From the NCBI RefSeq assembly GCF_018350175.1, contig NC_058368.1, forward strand, positions 204,912,001 through 204,976,000: a DNA stretch of 64,000 nucleotides. The letters run 5' to 3'. The notes beneath the pieces are model-generated. The model was not told the origin of the DNA, made no database searches, and was given only the letters and a program-made list of their open reading frames with translations. The translations under genes were made by a program, and so were the position numbers. This DNA comes from Felis catus. Its lineage: Eukaryota. Below, one piece after another: positions 24,032 through 37,115 of this stretch; position 1 is the first letter of the stretch, and the number at the start of each line of letters is the position of its first letter.

Positions 24032-26113
24032 AAAAATGTCATCTTTTGGAGATTGATTCTGAAATGCTAATGAATAAAATGGAATGTTGTCTGGGATTTG
24101 CTTTCAAATAATGCAGGAGGGGGAAATTGTGTGGGCAGAGATGAAGTGAGTCTGCCCTGAGTTGCTAACGACTGAAGCTGGGTAACAGATATTTGAGGAT
24201 TCGTTATACTATTCTGCCTACTTTTACAAACCTTGAAAGTTTTATATAATAAGAGCTTTATAAAAGCTTGAAGGAAAGACACACTAGGGTTTATAATTAA
24301 ACTTTAGTCAGGGAGAAGATTCTTGATTTATTGGTATTTCATCTGTATGCCCATGCATAGTTTTGTTTGTTTGTTTGTTTGTTTTCTCTCAATGGGTATT
24401 TTAAAGATTAAAGGGAGAGTTTAGAGGAAATACAAGAGTGGGAGTAAACTGTTCTTATTCCTGAAAGATAGGCCTTGGAGATGCCGGGATAACCTGCAAC
24501 TTAATTTCTTAATGAATGAATTTCTTGAATGGCACTAAAGTACTCTCACGGCAATGAAACATAACCCTCTGTAACCCCCTGGCCAACACTTCATCCTGCG
24601 GCTGACAAGCTCAAGGCAGAAAGTACGAGGAGGAAGAAAATCACACCCAGAGGTTTTAGGATTGGCGGATGAAAAGGAAACACTGAGTGGAGAAGATTAT
24701 GGAACATCTACACATTTGACAGAGTGAAAGGTCATTGGGGTCTTGTTCAAAGCACCATCCCAAGAGCCCTAGGTTTCTATTCCGGCCCTGCAACCAATTG
24801 GCTGAGTAATCTTAGATGATCACTCTACCACTGTGGTCCTCAACTGTTTTATTCAGAAACTGAAGAATCTGGACTAAAATTCACAGAAAGATCCATAATT
24901 TAAAAGATAAAAAAAAAAAAAACCCTCAGGATTTATGCTTCTGCAAGCCAGCCAAAAACACTAGCCCCTGCCACATTGCCTACTGCTAGTCTAGTGAGCT
25001 GCTCTGAAATGTTACCACTGAGCCACAGAGCCCTGGGTTTTTGGCAAGACAAAGAAACAAGGTAAAATTAGTAAAGTTAGGAAGAGACCATACCGGAGTA
25101 AAATGGAATGTGAAAACTAATATGCCCTACATTGGGGTCAGTGTTTCAACTAAAGGGATAAATTATGAATGCAAATGACTAATGAGAGCAAAGGAGTTTT
25201 CTGTTAGCTGTGAACTCTGGGTATTCAACCACCCATGGGTGCCAAATGTCCTGAAGGCAATCTGTCCTTCAACAGCTGCAGTCGATATGCTGTTGGACAA
25301 GGCATACCTGACACAAACTTCACAGGCCAAAGAATACTGGCTTAGCTTCCAGAAACTAGGCTCCCACAACACAGCACATGGATTTCCACTCGGTGCCTCA
25401 GGATCAGGCACAGTTCCAGATCTGCATCTCGACATAGATGCATCCAACATATCCAGCCTTAAACTCTCTGCATGCCATTAGCTCTGAAACAAGATTTTTT
25501 AAGAAAATACTCAGACCAGTTTGCCCAATGACCTTCAAAGAGAGAAAGAGTCATTGGAAACGATGAGGAAGCCTGGCATATTGAATTAACTGACGATACT
25601 TTTTGACCTTAAATTGCAGGAACTGCTCACTAATCAAGAACTAATTCCCTCTACTCAGAAAGCCTAATTATTTTTGTGCTTATGCTTCCCCTTCTGACAT
25701 AAAGTACCTCTTCACAAAGCAGGGAAGTTCCTGACTGCGTTGCCTCAACTGGTCTTGACAAAAGAAGAGATGAATCACCGGAGCAGCCTGGCACCATCTC
25801 AACTTGTAATAACTCTTTACCAAGGGCTAAATCATAGCTGGCTGGACACGGGGAGCTCTTCCTTTCTCCCTCCTTTCTCTCCTTCCTTCCTTTAATAAAA
25901 AGAGGGGCATTCACCAAGGATCACTCCTACTTGACATAATTAGTAGAATCACTGGTGAATTAGTGGACAGAACTGCTGTCAAGAGAGGATCTATGTATAT
26001 AGTAAAGGCAAGGACAGACAGGTTGACTTGATCTTCAGGAAAGCTTGTTGATGGCCCCCAAACTAATCTGTAGCAAGAGATGGAGAAGTCAACATAATCT
26101 CCTATATAAAGAT

Positions 26114-26115
<2 letters not shown>

Positions 26116-26154
<39 letters not shown>
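26116..26154. repeat. (AG)n microsatellite
   Basis: Directly visible. Confidence 0.95.
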
Positions 26155-26431
26155 CTAATTACCTCTGAGATTTCTGAGCATCACCTCCATTAGACCACTA
26201 CAAGCCAAGGCTCTTAGGCTTCCTCTACTGCAAATGTTTCTTCTTATGATTTGAAGATATATATACAAGCTTCAGTTATCTGGATGAACAACTCTCCTCC
26301 AACCCAAATGAACCTACTACCCCATATGTCTGGGTTGGGCTAACTTTGAAGCCTGTGCATTTTTTCCTGATCTCATAGGAATGGGGCAGTAACAAAAAGC
26401 TGTCCAGAAGAAAAATATGGGATGGTAATGG

Positions 26432-26462
<31 letters not shown>

Positions 26463-26467
26463 TGTGT
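26432..26467. repeat. (TG)n microsatellite
   Basis: Directly visible. Confidence 0.95.
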
Positions 26468-26911
26468 AATACAAACAGGATGAATAGCCTACATAAGGAA
26501 AATATGCAAATAAATAGAGTAACCAATATTAATAATCTACCAGGCTGGCAAGCAACAGGTGAGATGATTGTAATCTTGGTGGAAAAATTAGCTAATAAAT
26601 AATTCATAAGTCTCTGGGGGGGTGAACAGGGAAAAAATTATATTTACTCTGTAGCCATACCATGTCACTCTCTAAGGAGCCCACTGCTGTATTCTTTTTC
26701 TGTGTGTGAATCTCCAAGTACACACAAGGTGACTGGAAGTACTTATTAGACTGTCTCTAAGTACTTATTAGACAGATGGAGTGACCTGAATGTGACATGG
26801 GAATACCTTCCTTCCACCCATTATTTTCTCTTCTTTTTTTCCTTGCCTATAAAAGTAGCCAGTACCCTTAAACAACACCTGCACCTTATAAATGTAATCT
26901 ATCCTCCTCCT

Positions 26912-26936
26912 TAGATAGATAGATAGATAGATAGAT

Positions 26937-26981
<45 letters not shown>
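26912..26981. repeat. (GATA)n tetranucleotide microsatellite with one GAT interruption
   Basis: Directly visible. Confidence 0.95.
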
Positions 26982-29900
26982 GAATTGGGAGATATGTCAT
27001 CTAGTTCCATACAATAAAGTGTAGATGTTGGCATATTGTCTCAGTGAGGCAAGATTCAGAAATTCAGAGATTCAGAAATACCAAGAAACACTCAGAAACA
27101 GCAAGATGTGGGAGCTTCCATCACCTATCTAAAGGGGGTTCTGCTGACAACTTAATTCCAACCATTTACAAGTTTGGCTCTGATAGTCAAGCACTACAAA
27201 AGAACTAATCCATTCATATAGCACCAGGTTATACCTTCTTTGCAGTTCATCTATCTATGAAAGACAATGTTCAGAAATAAACATCTAATATGTCAAGAAG
27301 ACTCGCTATTGGACTTTTAAATTCTGGCTAAGGATGTTATCCATCTGTCTAAGGATCAGTTTGCTATACGTAAGTTGTATTTAAGGTAGTATGTTTTCTC
27401 TCTTATCCTCCTATTCATGCTAGGCTATGCTTAAAGGTACACAGAAATGCCCGACTTCCTCATGGCAAATTTCCAGAGGATAGAGTGTTGAATGAATGCT
27501 TAGGTTTGTAGGATTAGTTATGTGTCTCCTGGATACTGCCACTTTCATATATATCCATCCATGCTTGATGATGCTTGGGAATTTAAGACAGAAGACAACA
27601 TCTGGCTCTTTTATTCCGCACCCCTCCCCAACAAGTCTTAAATAATCAGAGTCGGTTTCTAAATATTAGAAATTTAAATAGGGCTCCATTACATCTTGAC
27701 CTATGTTACTAGTATCCAGGAATGAAGATAAAAATGACCTCTAAAAATGACCATCCCACCACTTCAATCAGCCAGGATACGGTTGCCAATACTTCCAGCA
27801 GGAAGAGAAGTGTTAGGTCAGCCACAGAGAGTTAAGGTCCAGTCTTGGTGATGATGTTCCCTTTAGTTTCTGTTGTTCCTTTTGAGTTCCTAAAAATAGG
27901 TCAGCAATAGAGCTTATGGAGAGTTTGGTCATGAGAGGTAGAATAAAATATATGCTGCACTATGGAACTTATATTCTCAAGCATTTTCTGGGCACCCGTT
28001 TGGAACACCTATTTTCTGCTGCAGTGAGTAATATTCCCAAGAAACTGTAAGATTCACGTTCTGTCCTCCAAGTGCTCGCTGTCAGTGTCTTAAAAGGCTT
28101 CTCTGTGCTGATTATGTAAAACCATGTTAGTTGACCTCTAGATATCTAGACCTACAACAAAACCACGATGGAGGGTTTGCAGCATGACCATAATGTAGGC
28201 AAGATAAGGAAAACTAAATCCACCTGGCTCTATCTTACTAATAGATAGTCTGTCCTGGCAAATGAAAGCTGGAAGAAATAGTTCAAACCTAATACCTGTG
28301 TAAAATGTATATGAAACTGGTAATCGGGTATATGGATACAAAAGCAGTACTTCTAAAAAGATTTCTTTTGCTCTAAATTTATAAGCATTAACAGACTCTG
28401 AAAAGTTTACTTTCTTTTCTGCTATCCCATTAATTCTGCTATCCCATTTCCCACGAATAAGAAGCAGACAATGCATGATCCTTCTAAATTATGTGTTAGA
28501 TCCCTCCACAGCAATCATTTATAATTGGATACCAAGGTCCTCTCAGAAAGTCACATACATAGGTCTGAGACTATGCATCCTGTATGTTCATGTAACTGCA
28601 AAAAATAATTTTTAGGTTCACAACCCTCCACTGAAACAGATTTCCCTTCCTTTTCTTTTCTTTTTTTTTACTTGAAGCTGGAAGTGTTTAGGTATTTAGG
28701 GAGTTTGAAAAAATAGACTTGATAATAATATTTTTAAAATCCAGCATTAAAAGAACATTTTCCCTGATACGATATACCAAATTCCTTCTCCTTTCTAAAG
28801 AAAGGCTGGCTTTATTCAAAGCAACAGCTTTCATTAAACACACTTTAAGTCCTCTATCTCCCCACCTCCAGAAACACATTTGGCACCAAAAGCTGTTTTC
28901 CCTACAAAATTATTAAAACTGGAAAACGCCCCAATCACTCATAGGGAGAGGGGAGCATTAGCCCTTTGAAAACACAATTTCCATTTTATCTTAAATGTAC
29001 CAAATAATGGAGTTTCTACATACTAATAAGACTTTCCTGACAGCATGGATTCCAATTTCCTGTTACATTCCATTATTTTATTTGTGGTGATCTAAACTGC
29101 TTCTGACATTCTTTGATGCCTCCACCCTTTACACACTTGCAGGCTTATCTGTGTTTTAAGTCAACTTTGCCCGCTGTTTGCCAAATTCCCATTTAACTCT
29201 CAAAATCTTTACCAGGGCAACACGGTTTTTGGTTCCCTTGCCTTGAATTTGAATGCACAGAAAATATGTCCTTTCACGATGGCCCATTTGTAAAAGCTCT
29301 CTCTTAGGAGTACCTTTAAGCTGTGATACCAAAGTGTGCTCCATCAAAAAATATTTAAACATTCTAAATATATTTCTCCGCAGATTTGTTTTCCAAGTCC
29401 ACAGCAAAAAGAAAATCAGGATTATAACCAACATTTGCAAGTGTTAGTTTATGAGTTAGCATTAGTTCATTATATTTAAAAATCACTCTTTCCTCTCTAT
29501 TTAAACAAAACCTTAAGCCAAGTGGAACCACAGCCTTCTCCACCTCCCTGGGTCACCTCAACTACTTCTGCCTACAGAGGAAAAACTCTTCAGCATCTTC
29601 CCGAACATGCCTCCCCGTTCTCAAACCAACGACAAGAACAAACTCCAGTTTTTAGCTCCACATATCAGAGACATTGTTCCATCAATCAATTTCTATATGG
29701 CTTCAACCTGAATTGTTAAGTAATCCCTTCCCCATATCTCACTTCACTTCTTACTTATTCCCACTATATTTTACTTTTCTCTATCCTAATCCTCATATTC
29801 CTCAACATTAGCCACTCATTGTTTTTCCCACCACTGTCCACTATATGGATTTGCTAGTTTTATAAACTCAACCAGCCTTTTGCCTCATCATTAGAGTCAC

Positions 29901-32829
29901 CATCTAGTAGTTTGCAGAGCTTCACAGGGACCATACAAGTGGACATACAAGTGCAGACAAAAAGGGATCCCTTCCTGCAGGTTTGACTTCTTAAAATTGC
30001 TTAAGGAATTGCACAGGAACAGACAGCAAGGAAAAGTTGGAATTGGTGAATATGACACAGGCAAGAGGGGAAGTAGAAGGGGAAAGGAGGCCTGTGATTT
30101 TTCTTTTACTCCAGCTAGTAGTCACTCTTCCATGAACTCCCAGTCTGCTTGCTGTTCAAGATCTTTACATCCAGGCTTATCTAAAACTTCCTAGTCTTTT
30201 GCCCTGTAAATGCCACATGCATTCCTGCCTTCATGCCTTGGCGGGACCCACACCTGCTGTCAAGAATGCCCTCTCCCTCCACCTGCTTAATGGTGTCCCA
30301 CCCACATGTCTGTTCTCAGTTCCAGCTGACCCTTTGGACAGCAGACCCCCTCATTCGCACCTCCTGCCTCCTTGAGCAGGAGGAAAGGAAAACTGAGAAA
30401 AGGAATTGAGCCTCAGAAAATTTAAGTGATGAGCCCAGGGCCATACCTGCCTGTGAAACCCTTGTCTGTTTCATTATGCTAATTGCCTCTAAAATGCTTT
30501 AACACCAGACCTGTGTCTCACATCTCTCAGTGTCCTCAGCTTGTAGGCTGTAAGCACTTAATGAATATTCATGGGAGCTTATATTCAAACGAGTTCATAT
30601 TTCCCCAGTATACCACTATAGAGGGAGAGAGCCAAGAGGCAGAGGAGAACAAGTGCTGGATTAAAATTTCCGTAGATAATCCACCAAGTGAATGATCCAC
30701 AGGCATGATAATCCAGTGTTGGCTAGATACCCAATTCCACAGAGGTCTCCTGCTTCATGTCACAATGTCAGAGCATAAGCACCAGCCTGTGCTTCCATGG
30801 CCGTTTCTGCTCATCCAATGAACTTGCTGGGCCTGGAATTAATCCTCGGTGGATGTTAGAAATATTATGACAACAGCTGGCACTGTCATTTGCAGTGTCC
30901 AAAATGGAACTTCCATTTCTTTTTTTCCCCAAGGAAGATTTATGTGTTTCTCTTCAAGTACCAGGCTTACTTCAAAATTAAAATATTCAATTTCTCTTCA
31001 ACAGTTGGATTTTCTGATGATTTAAAACAAAGAAAAATGGCTTTCTAACATCAAACTAGCCCCTGTGTTATACAGGCTGTGATATATTCATGTTTTACAT
31101 TCAAGGTAGTGTTTCTTAGAAACATGTTTTTGATGATGATTTTCGAATCTGTGCAAGTAAAAGGTGTGATACAATGGATGCCACCATAGTGCTTTTCGTA
31201 GGGGATGGAGAGTAGTTTTTATTAAAAAAAGAAAGAAGGAAAGGAAAAAAAAGAAAAATGCCTCAATTTTTGTTTGTTTGTTTGTTTTTCTTTCTGAAAC
31301 TTGGTCATGGAAACGTCAATCCAGAAAGACCAGGCAGGATATTGGGGGCCAGGCTAAGGCTGAAGCCCTGTTTACTAGGGCAGCCATGTCTATGGCATTA
31401 ACAGCCTGGGCACAGCAAAGTGGCATATGCCAACGAAGGCTATCCCAGCTGTCACAAATGCAGTATAATCAGGCAAATTTGACAACACAGCTCTGCCAAG
31501 ATAATTCATATTCCTGGGCCAGGGTTATAATCAGTTTGTGCAATTTTCAAATATTTTTGTGATCCTTCTATGCAATAGTACGCAGTATTCATAATATAAT
31601 TCATGTGGTGATCCCATTACTGATAATAAATGTGGTCTTAGGCAGCACAGAGCCTAATCTTTCTGTAAGAATTAAGGTAGAAGCCACAGGGGATCCTATA
31701 AGCCATTCTAGTGTTTCAATGAGTAAAACTGGATCTCCGGGAACATTTCAATAATCAAAACTTCTCCACACCATTCCACAAGCTCAGAAGTTCATTCCAT
31801 GGTTCTTCTTCCAAGTTCTACTGGTCAGCTTTAAGTACTTGCCCAATTTTGTACTTTTCCATGTGGGAATCTCTCTCACCAAAATGTTCTTACTATATTT
31901 TTCTTTAGAATCTACTGTAATTGTTAGGCTTTTTTTTTTTTTTTTTTTTTGGCTTCTCTTCTTTAGAGAAAAAAAGTGGGGGAGGGTGTTTAAATGAGAT
32001 TTAGAGTTCAAAGCTAAATAGAAGGGCAGTTTGGTTAGCTGGGCATATCCAACGCTGTTTCTTAAATGTTTATTTTATGGCTTTGTCCTACTTTAAAAGT
32101 CTTATTTAAAAGATGAATGACCATGACTTCAGAATTTGGACAGAAAAACAAAATGCCTAAGCCCAGACATCCAAATGAGACTCCAGTGGTAATTCATATC
32201 AGTGTATAATGATCTCCAAAGTAACTCTCTAGACAATAGAACACAAGAAGGAAGGCCATGTGATGAGCCTATCTATGCTTCTGTATGATAACTTGAATCA
32301 TTTTGTGGTTGTTGCTGCATTGCTAAAAATATGCTGCCCAATAGAATGGTCATCAATGCATAAAACAATTTTGTGTGTGTTTAAATAGTGCCTTATTTGG
32401 ATACTTAGAAACCAGGGAGTTCACGACATTATAGTCACTCATCATTTATGTTTCTAATAGAAAAAGTAAAGAAATTCTTTATTTCAATTCTACATTCTAC
32501 TTCTGTTTTCACCTAGCTAATTATTATCTTATATGGTAATGATTAGAAATTGCCAAGGAAGTTAGAGGGTCCATTGTTAGGCGTGAAGGTGTTTTGTTTT
32601 AAAATTAAAAGGTTAAAAAAGTGAAAAGGGGGCCAGGCAAATGAGGTGGGAGGGCACTGGGAAGGTGGGAGAGGACCAAAAGAGGACAAAGTTAAGAAAG
32701 AGGAAGATGGAGAAGATTGAGTGGGAAGGAAAGAATAGGTAGGGAGGGAAGTGAGAAGTAGAGAGAACAGATGGTAAAGAATGGAAGGAACAGACAGTAG
32801 GTAGAACCCTAGATCCCACTGACGGAAAC

Positions 32830-33030
32830 ATGGGGGTAGTTAAGCATGTGGAATCGGTGTTGGATAGACTCAAGCTCTACCATGTAGTAACTGGATGAAC
32901 TTGGGCAAGTCTCTTAACCTTGAGGATAGCAATATAATCCGCTTGACAGGGTTATTGTGAGGATTAATTGAAATAATCCACGCAAATGTCTGGTACATGG
33001 TAAACACTGCCTAGATGTCAGCTGTGCTGA
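32830..33030 (+). mobile_element. MIR
   Basis: AACTTGGGCAAGTCTCTTAACCT...GGGTTATTGTGAGGATTAA. Confidence 0.7.
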
Positions 33031-33344
33031 TGAAGATGAGGAAGACTATTGGGGGTCAGGAATGCATGTGTTTGGCTCAGTGGAGAGTCCCTAAATGAGC
33101 AACTTACAATTATTCTCCACCAGAAACTTACATTAGAAAGGAAGATAAACATGTAGACAAAAGAATCACTATTATGTGAAAATAATAAGAAATAAGAAAT
33201 AGTTGGTGGGTCTTCAATATTAACACATGCACAAAATTAATACACTGAAACCCTTCCAAGTGAAAAAAAATGGGAAGTTAAAATAGAGAGCAGGTGAGAT
33301 ATGAATAAGGTTTTGCATCATAGTTAGCAAAAAGGGATATGGCG

Positions 33345-33570
33345 ACTGTGTACATAGTAATTAAAAGAGTGGGCTTTAGAACTCCATGCACCTGGGTCTA
33401 GCTCACTCATTTACTAACTTTGAACATGTTACTTGTTCTGGACCTCTGTTTATGCATCTATAAAAGGAGAATATAAATCCCCATCTTGCAAGATTGTTAT
33501 GTGGATTAAATGACGAAATATACAAATTTAGCACAGTGTTATGATAAAGGTGATGTCATTATTACTTTAT
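33345..33570 (+). mobile_element. MIR
   Basis: GGGCTTTAGAACTC...CCTCTGTTTATGCATCTATAAAA...GATTAAATGA. Confidence 0.65.
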
Positions 33571-33825
33571 TAGAGTTTAGTACTATAGTTAGAGTTCATC
33601 ACAGATTTAGAGAATACTTTATATGAGAAAAACAAATACAGCTAGGCTCACTAAGCTTACAGAAAAGATGACAGGAGCCAGAATACAGGGCACAGGGAGT
33701 AGACAGAGTAGGTATGTTGTGGTGGGCAGTGAGAGGCAGAAGTGTAAGCACATTAAGGGCCGTATCAAAAAAGATAAGCAGCTGTTCTCATTTTCTGATG
33801 CGGCCAAGATAAGCCAGAAAAAGTG

Positions 33826-34053
33826 TTTTTTTTTTTCATTTTTTTTTTTTAACGTTTATTTATTTTTGAGACAGAGAGAGACAGCGCATGAACGGGGGAG
33901 GGTCAGAGACAGAGGGAGACACAGAATCGGAAACAGGCTCCAGGCTCTGAGCGGTCAGCACAGAGCCCGACGCGGGGCTCAAATTCGTGGACCGCGAGAT
34001 CATGACCTGAGCCGAAGTCGGACGCTTAACCGACTGACCCACCCAGGCGCCCC
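33826..34053 (-). mobile_element. Young felid CAN-SINE (SINEC_Fc-like), CpG-rich
   Basis: Antisense GCCGAAGTCGGACGCTTAACCGACTGA...CAGGCGCCCC; TSD CAGAAAAAGT(G)TTTT. Confidence 0.95.
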
Positions 34054-34162
34054 TCAGAAAAAGTTTTAAGTTAAATGTTGGCAGAAAAGTTCACAATACC
34101 CAAATGTTCAGAGCCATGACAAAGATCCTCAACAGTATAAGCTTCCTTTGGAGGATTTTTAA

Positions 34163-34324
34163 AAAAATTTTATTTATTTTTGAGAGAGAGAGACTGAGTC
34201 AGGGAGGGGCAGAGAGACAAAGGATCCAAAGTGGGCTCTGCACTGCGTGCTTGAACTCACAAACCATGAGACCATGACCTGAGCCCAAGTCAGACACTTA
34301 ACTGACTGAGCCACCCAGGCACCC
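34163..34324 (-). mobile_element. Shorter, older CAN-SINE
   Basis: Antisense head ACTGACTGAGCCACCCAGGCACCC; TSD TTCCTTTGGAGG(A/G)TTTTTAA. Confidence 0.9.
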
Positions 34325-36571
34325 TTTCCTTTGGAGGGTTTTTAAGATATATAGGAAGTAATCTTTACTAGTGTTTTTAAATACAAGTCTGCTTGCAGGC
34401 TGATGGATGGAGTAAATAACTCTCTTAGTCAGGTCTTCTACTCTAGAGGACAAATGGCATTTGCCTCTTAGTTGAAATATAGTTTCTTTCTTCCTGGAAG
34501 AAGAAAGAGGAACAAAGAAGGCCCACTATCTTGAGAAACTACATCTAAGAGTCTGGCATTATGGTAGATCACCTGTGTTGGATTTGTAGCAATTCTGCAA
34601 TCTGTTCCACAACGATCTTTTTATTATGTTGTATTTCATGATCTCTATTCATTTTAATCCTACTGATGAACAATATTGTAGTATAATCTTTATTTAGCAA
34701 ACTTGGAGACTGAGGCACAAGGAAATTAAATTAGTGCCCAAAATAACCATGGAAGATAGAGTTTTTCAGCCTAAATCTATTTGTCAAAGCTTATGTTAAA
34801 AATGGCAGTGAATTGCCAATGAGTTATTAGACAAAGAAAAATGTTTCCCATACTAAAAATTGATACACTAAAAAATATTCATGATAATATTCTATTTGAT
34901 AAAACTGCTCTAACTAGGAGAAAACCTTTCCATAGCTTAGGATCCAGAACCACTTTGGCCCCTTAATGTGAGGAGGGTTCAATCATCAGAGTTGGACTGA
35001 GATTCACCATGAAAAATTATGGTCAAATTGTATGAAATTTTCTAAAGAAAAATCAACGTCATAATAGTAACAGCATGTTAAAAGAAGAAGAAAAAATGAA
35101 CCCTGAAATACTGAGCCTGTTAAGGATATAATTATGTAGAAGACTGTTATCTACAAATTTGAAAAAGTGATGATTTGGAACCCATCTTCTGGATTAAAAA
35201 TAAAAAAACTATTAAATAATGATAACCAGGTATTTTTATAAATCATGCAGAGAGAGGACAAGAGGGAAATTCTGAACCATCTCACAGCATTAAACATTTA
35301 TTTAAAGAGCATCATTTGAATTCAAACAAATGAGACTTTTAAAGGATAAAGTTAGAGGCTTACACTCTTTCACTCATGACTACCACTCATTCATTCAATT
35401 GGCACTGATTAAGCTCAGAGCCCTCTATCAGAATGTTATTAAGGGTTCAAAAGGAATAAAAGATATGGTCTTTGATCTCACAGAATACACACCTTAGATA
35501 GGAGATAATGTTTCATTAGGTTTCCTCTGGATAATTTAAAATCTAGAGTTATATATGAATAAAAATAAAGTTGCATGTGTTATAGGAATATAACCAATTT
35601 TTAGAAAATGAGTAAAGCAGGGAAGTTTCCATTTCTTTTATATGTCTTGCCTACATGTTTTATCTGATTCCTATGTATTTTAAAGAATACCAGTATTAAA
35701 TTAGGAAAAGCATTAATAGTAAGAACACAGGTAGGAATGATTGCACAGTATGTTTGGATAAGATTATGATTCATTATAAGTAATCAAGATTAATGAAGCA
35801 AGGTGAATGCAAATGAGAAGGGTAAGTGACCATCAGAAAAACAGACAAAGCATCCTTATGCAGCAAAATCCTTAAGGAAGGAGAATAATCATTAGAATGC
35901 AAAGGAGTTCGTTGTGAAATGTTTCAAAGTACATTTGCCCTCCCCTCTCCCACCTCCAACTGCTTAATGTAAGGCTGGCGGCAGTCCTACGATGCCCTAG
36001 AGGGCAACAAATTCAGGTCAGTGAACCAAGTCTGCTATTCCAATAGGGTTCCTAGAGGAACCATCCTTATTAGAATATAGAAATGTACAAGATAACTCTT
36101 TAGTGATGTGTCATCAGTCTCTTCCATCTACCTCCATAAAAAAAAATAATAATAACATGGCTTAATTCTGCTGTCTTCAAGCCAATCCCCAGATTACAGT
36201 ATCTCAGTTCCTAACCAATGGAAATGAATTTGAAATTGTCATGTATTCTTACAGAAATCATTTTGTTTACGATCATTAGATGTGCCAATGTATCTTAAAT
36301 GCTACCCCTGAAAGAAGAAATTAAAGCAGTTTTGTTAGTAAGAGAGAAATAAAGGCAATAGAATGGGTGATATAAAAGCTGCAGAGGGACCGATGGGCTA
36401 CAAGACCCTGAACCAGACAAAATGAGCTGGGATAAAAACTGCGGGTAAAAGGGTTTGGCTTTGGAAGAGATTAGGCTTGTCTGAATTGTCACTCACAGAC
36501 AGAAAGGAAGGCTAACAGTGGAGAGAAGTTTTGTATCGGAGGAGACAGCCATCACACAGAATGGACTAAAT

Positions 36572-36740
36572 CAGTGGCTCTTAAAGTGTGGTCCTTGGGA
36601 GAGCTGCACTGGCATCCTCTGCGAGCACCACCCCCGAATCAGATGTAGCGAATCAGATCCCTGAGGATGAGGCCCAGGGAACTATGCTACAACAAGCCTG
36701 TCATGTGATTTGTATACGCACTAAAGTTTCAGAACCAGGG
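36572..36740. mobile_element. MER5A-like hAT MITE
   Basis: CAGTGGCTCTTAAAGTGTGGTCC start and CACTAAAGTTTCAGAACCA end; TSD-like GACTAAAT / CCCTAAAT. Confidence 0.75.
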
Positions 36741-37071
36741 CCCTAAATCATCTCGGTTAAAGCAGATCCTCCGCTGAGAACAAGAGGGTGGGGTCCGGAC
36801 TTCAGGGTGGAGATTTAGAACAGCTGCAGGGAGGAATGTAGGATGGAGGTGAGAGATGAATTAAAGGCCTGTATGAGGCTAGGAAGCATATCCCTCGGAA
36901 CTGAAAAATCTTGTCAGATGGCTTCTGGGTCTGTCTTCTGAGCACAATAATAATGAGTCTACGTAAAACTGCATTCAGATTATCACATAACTGACTACGA
37001 ATCTGGAAAGACAGCTTGATTGTGATTTAGGGACTGCTATATATGGCACATATAAATGTAATCCACATATG

Positions 37072-37073
<2 letters not shown>

Positions 37074-37113
<40 letters not shown>
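37074..37113. repeat. (TG)n microsatellite
   Basis: Directly visible. Confidence 0.95.

Positions 37114-37115
<2 letters not shown>

Larger units (their letters stand above)
23330..24270 (+). mobile_element. Ancient L1 3' region (L1MC/MD/ME-like) hosting two later insertions
   Basis: GGTTTCTTCAACAAATAAATTGCA...GAACCTATAGATTAAAAG before, and GTCTGGGATTTGCTTTCAAATAAT...GAAGCTGGGTAAC after, the inserted elements. Confidence 0.7.

Noticed and set aside
28072..28090. U6 snRNA-like start GTGCTCGCT
   Set aside because: Only 9 nt match; no continuation.
29770..29825. Mitochondrial-looking C/A/T-rich stretch (possible NUMT)
   Set aside because: No sustained match to a mitochondrial reading frame; more likely decayed repeat or low-complexity DNA.
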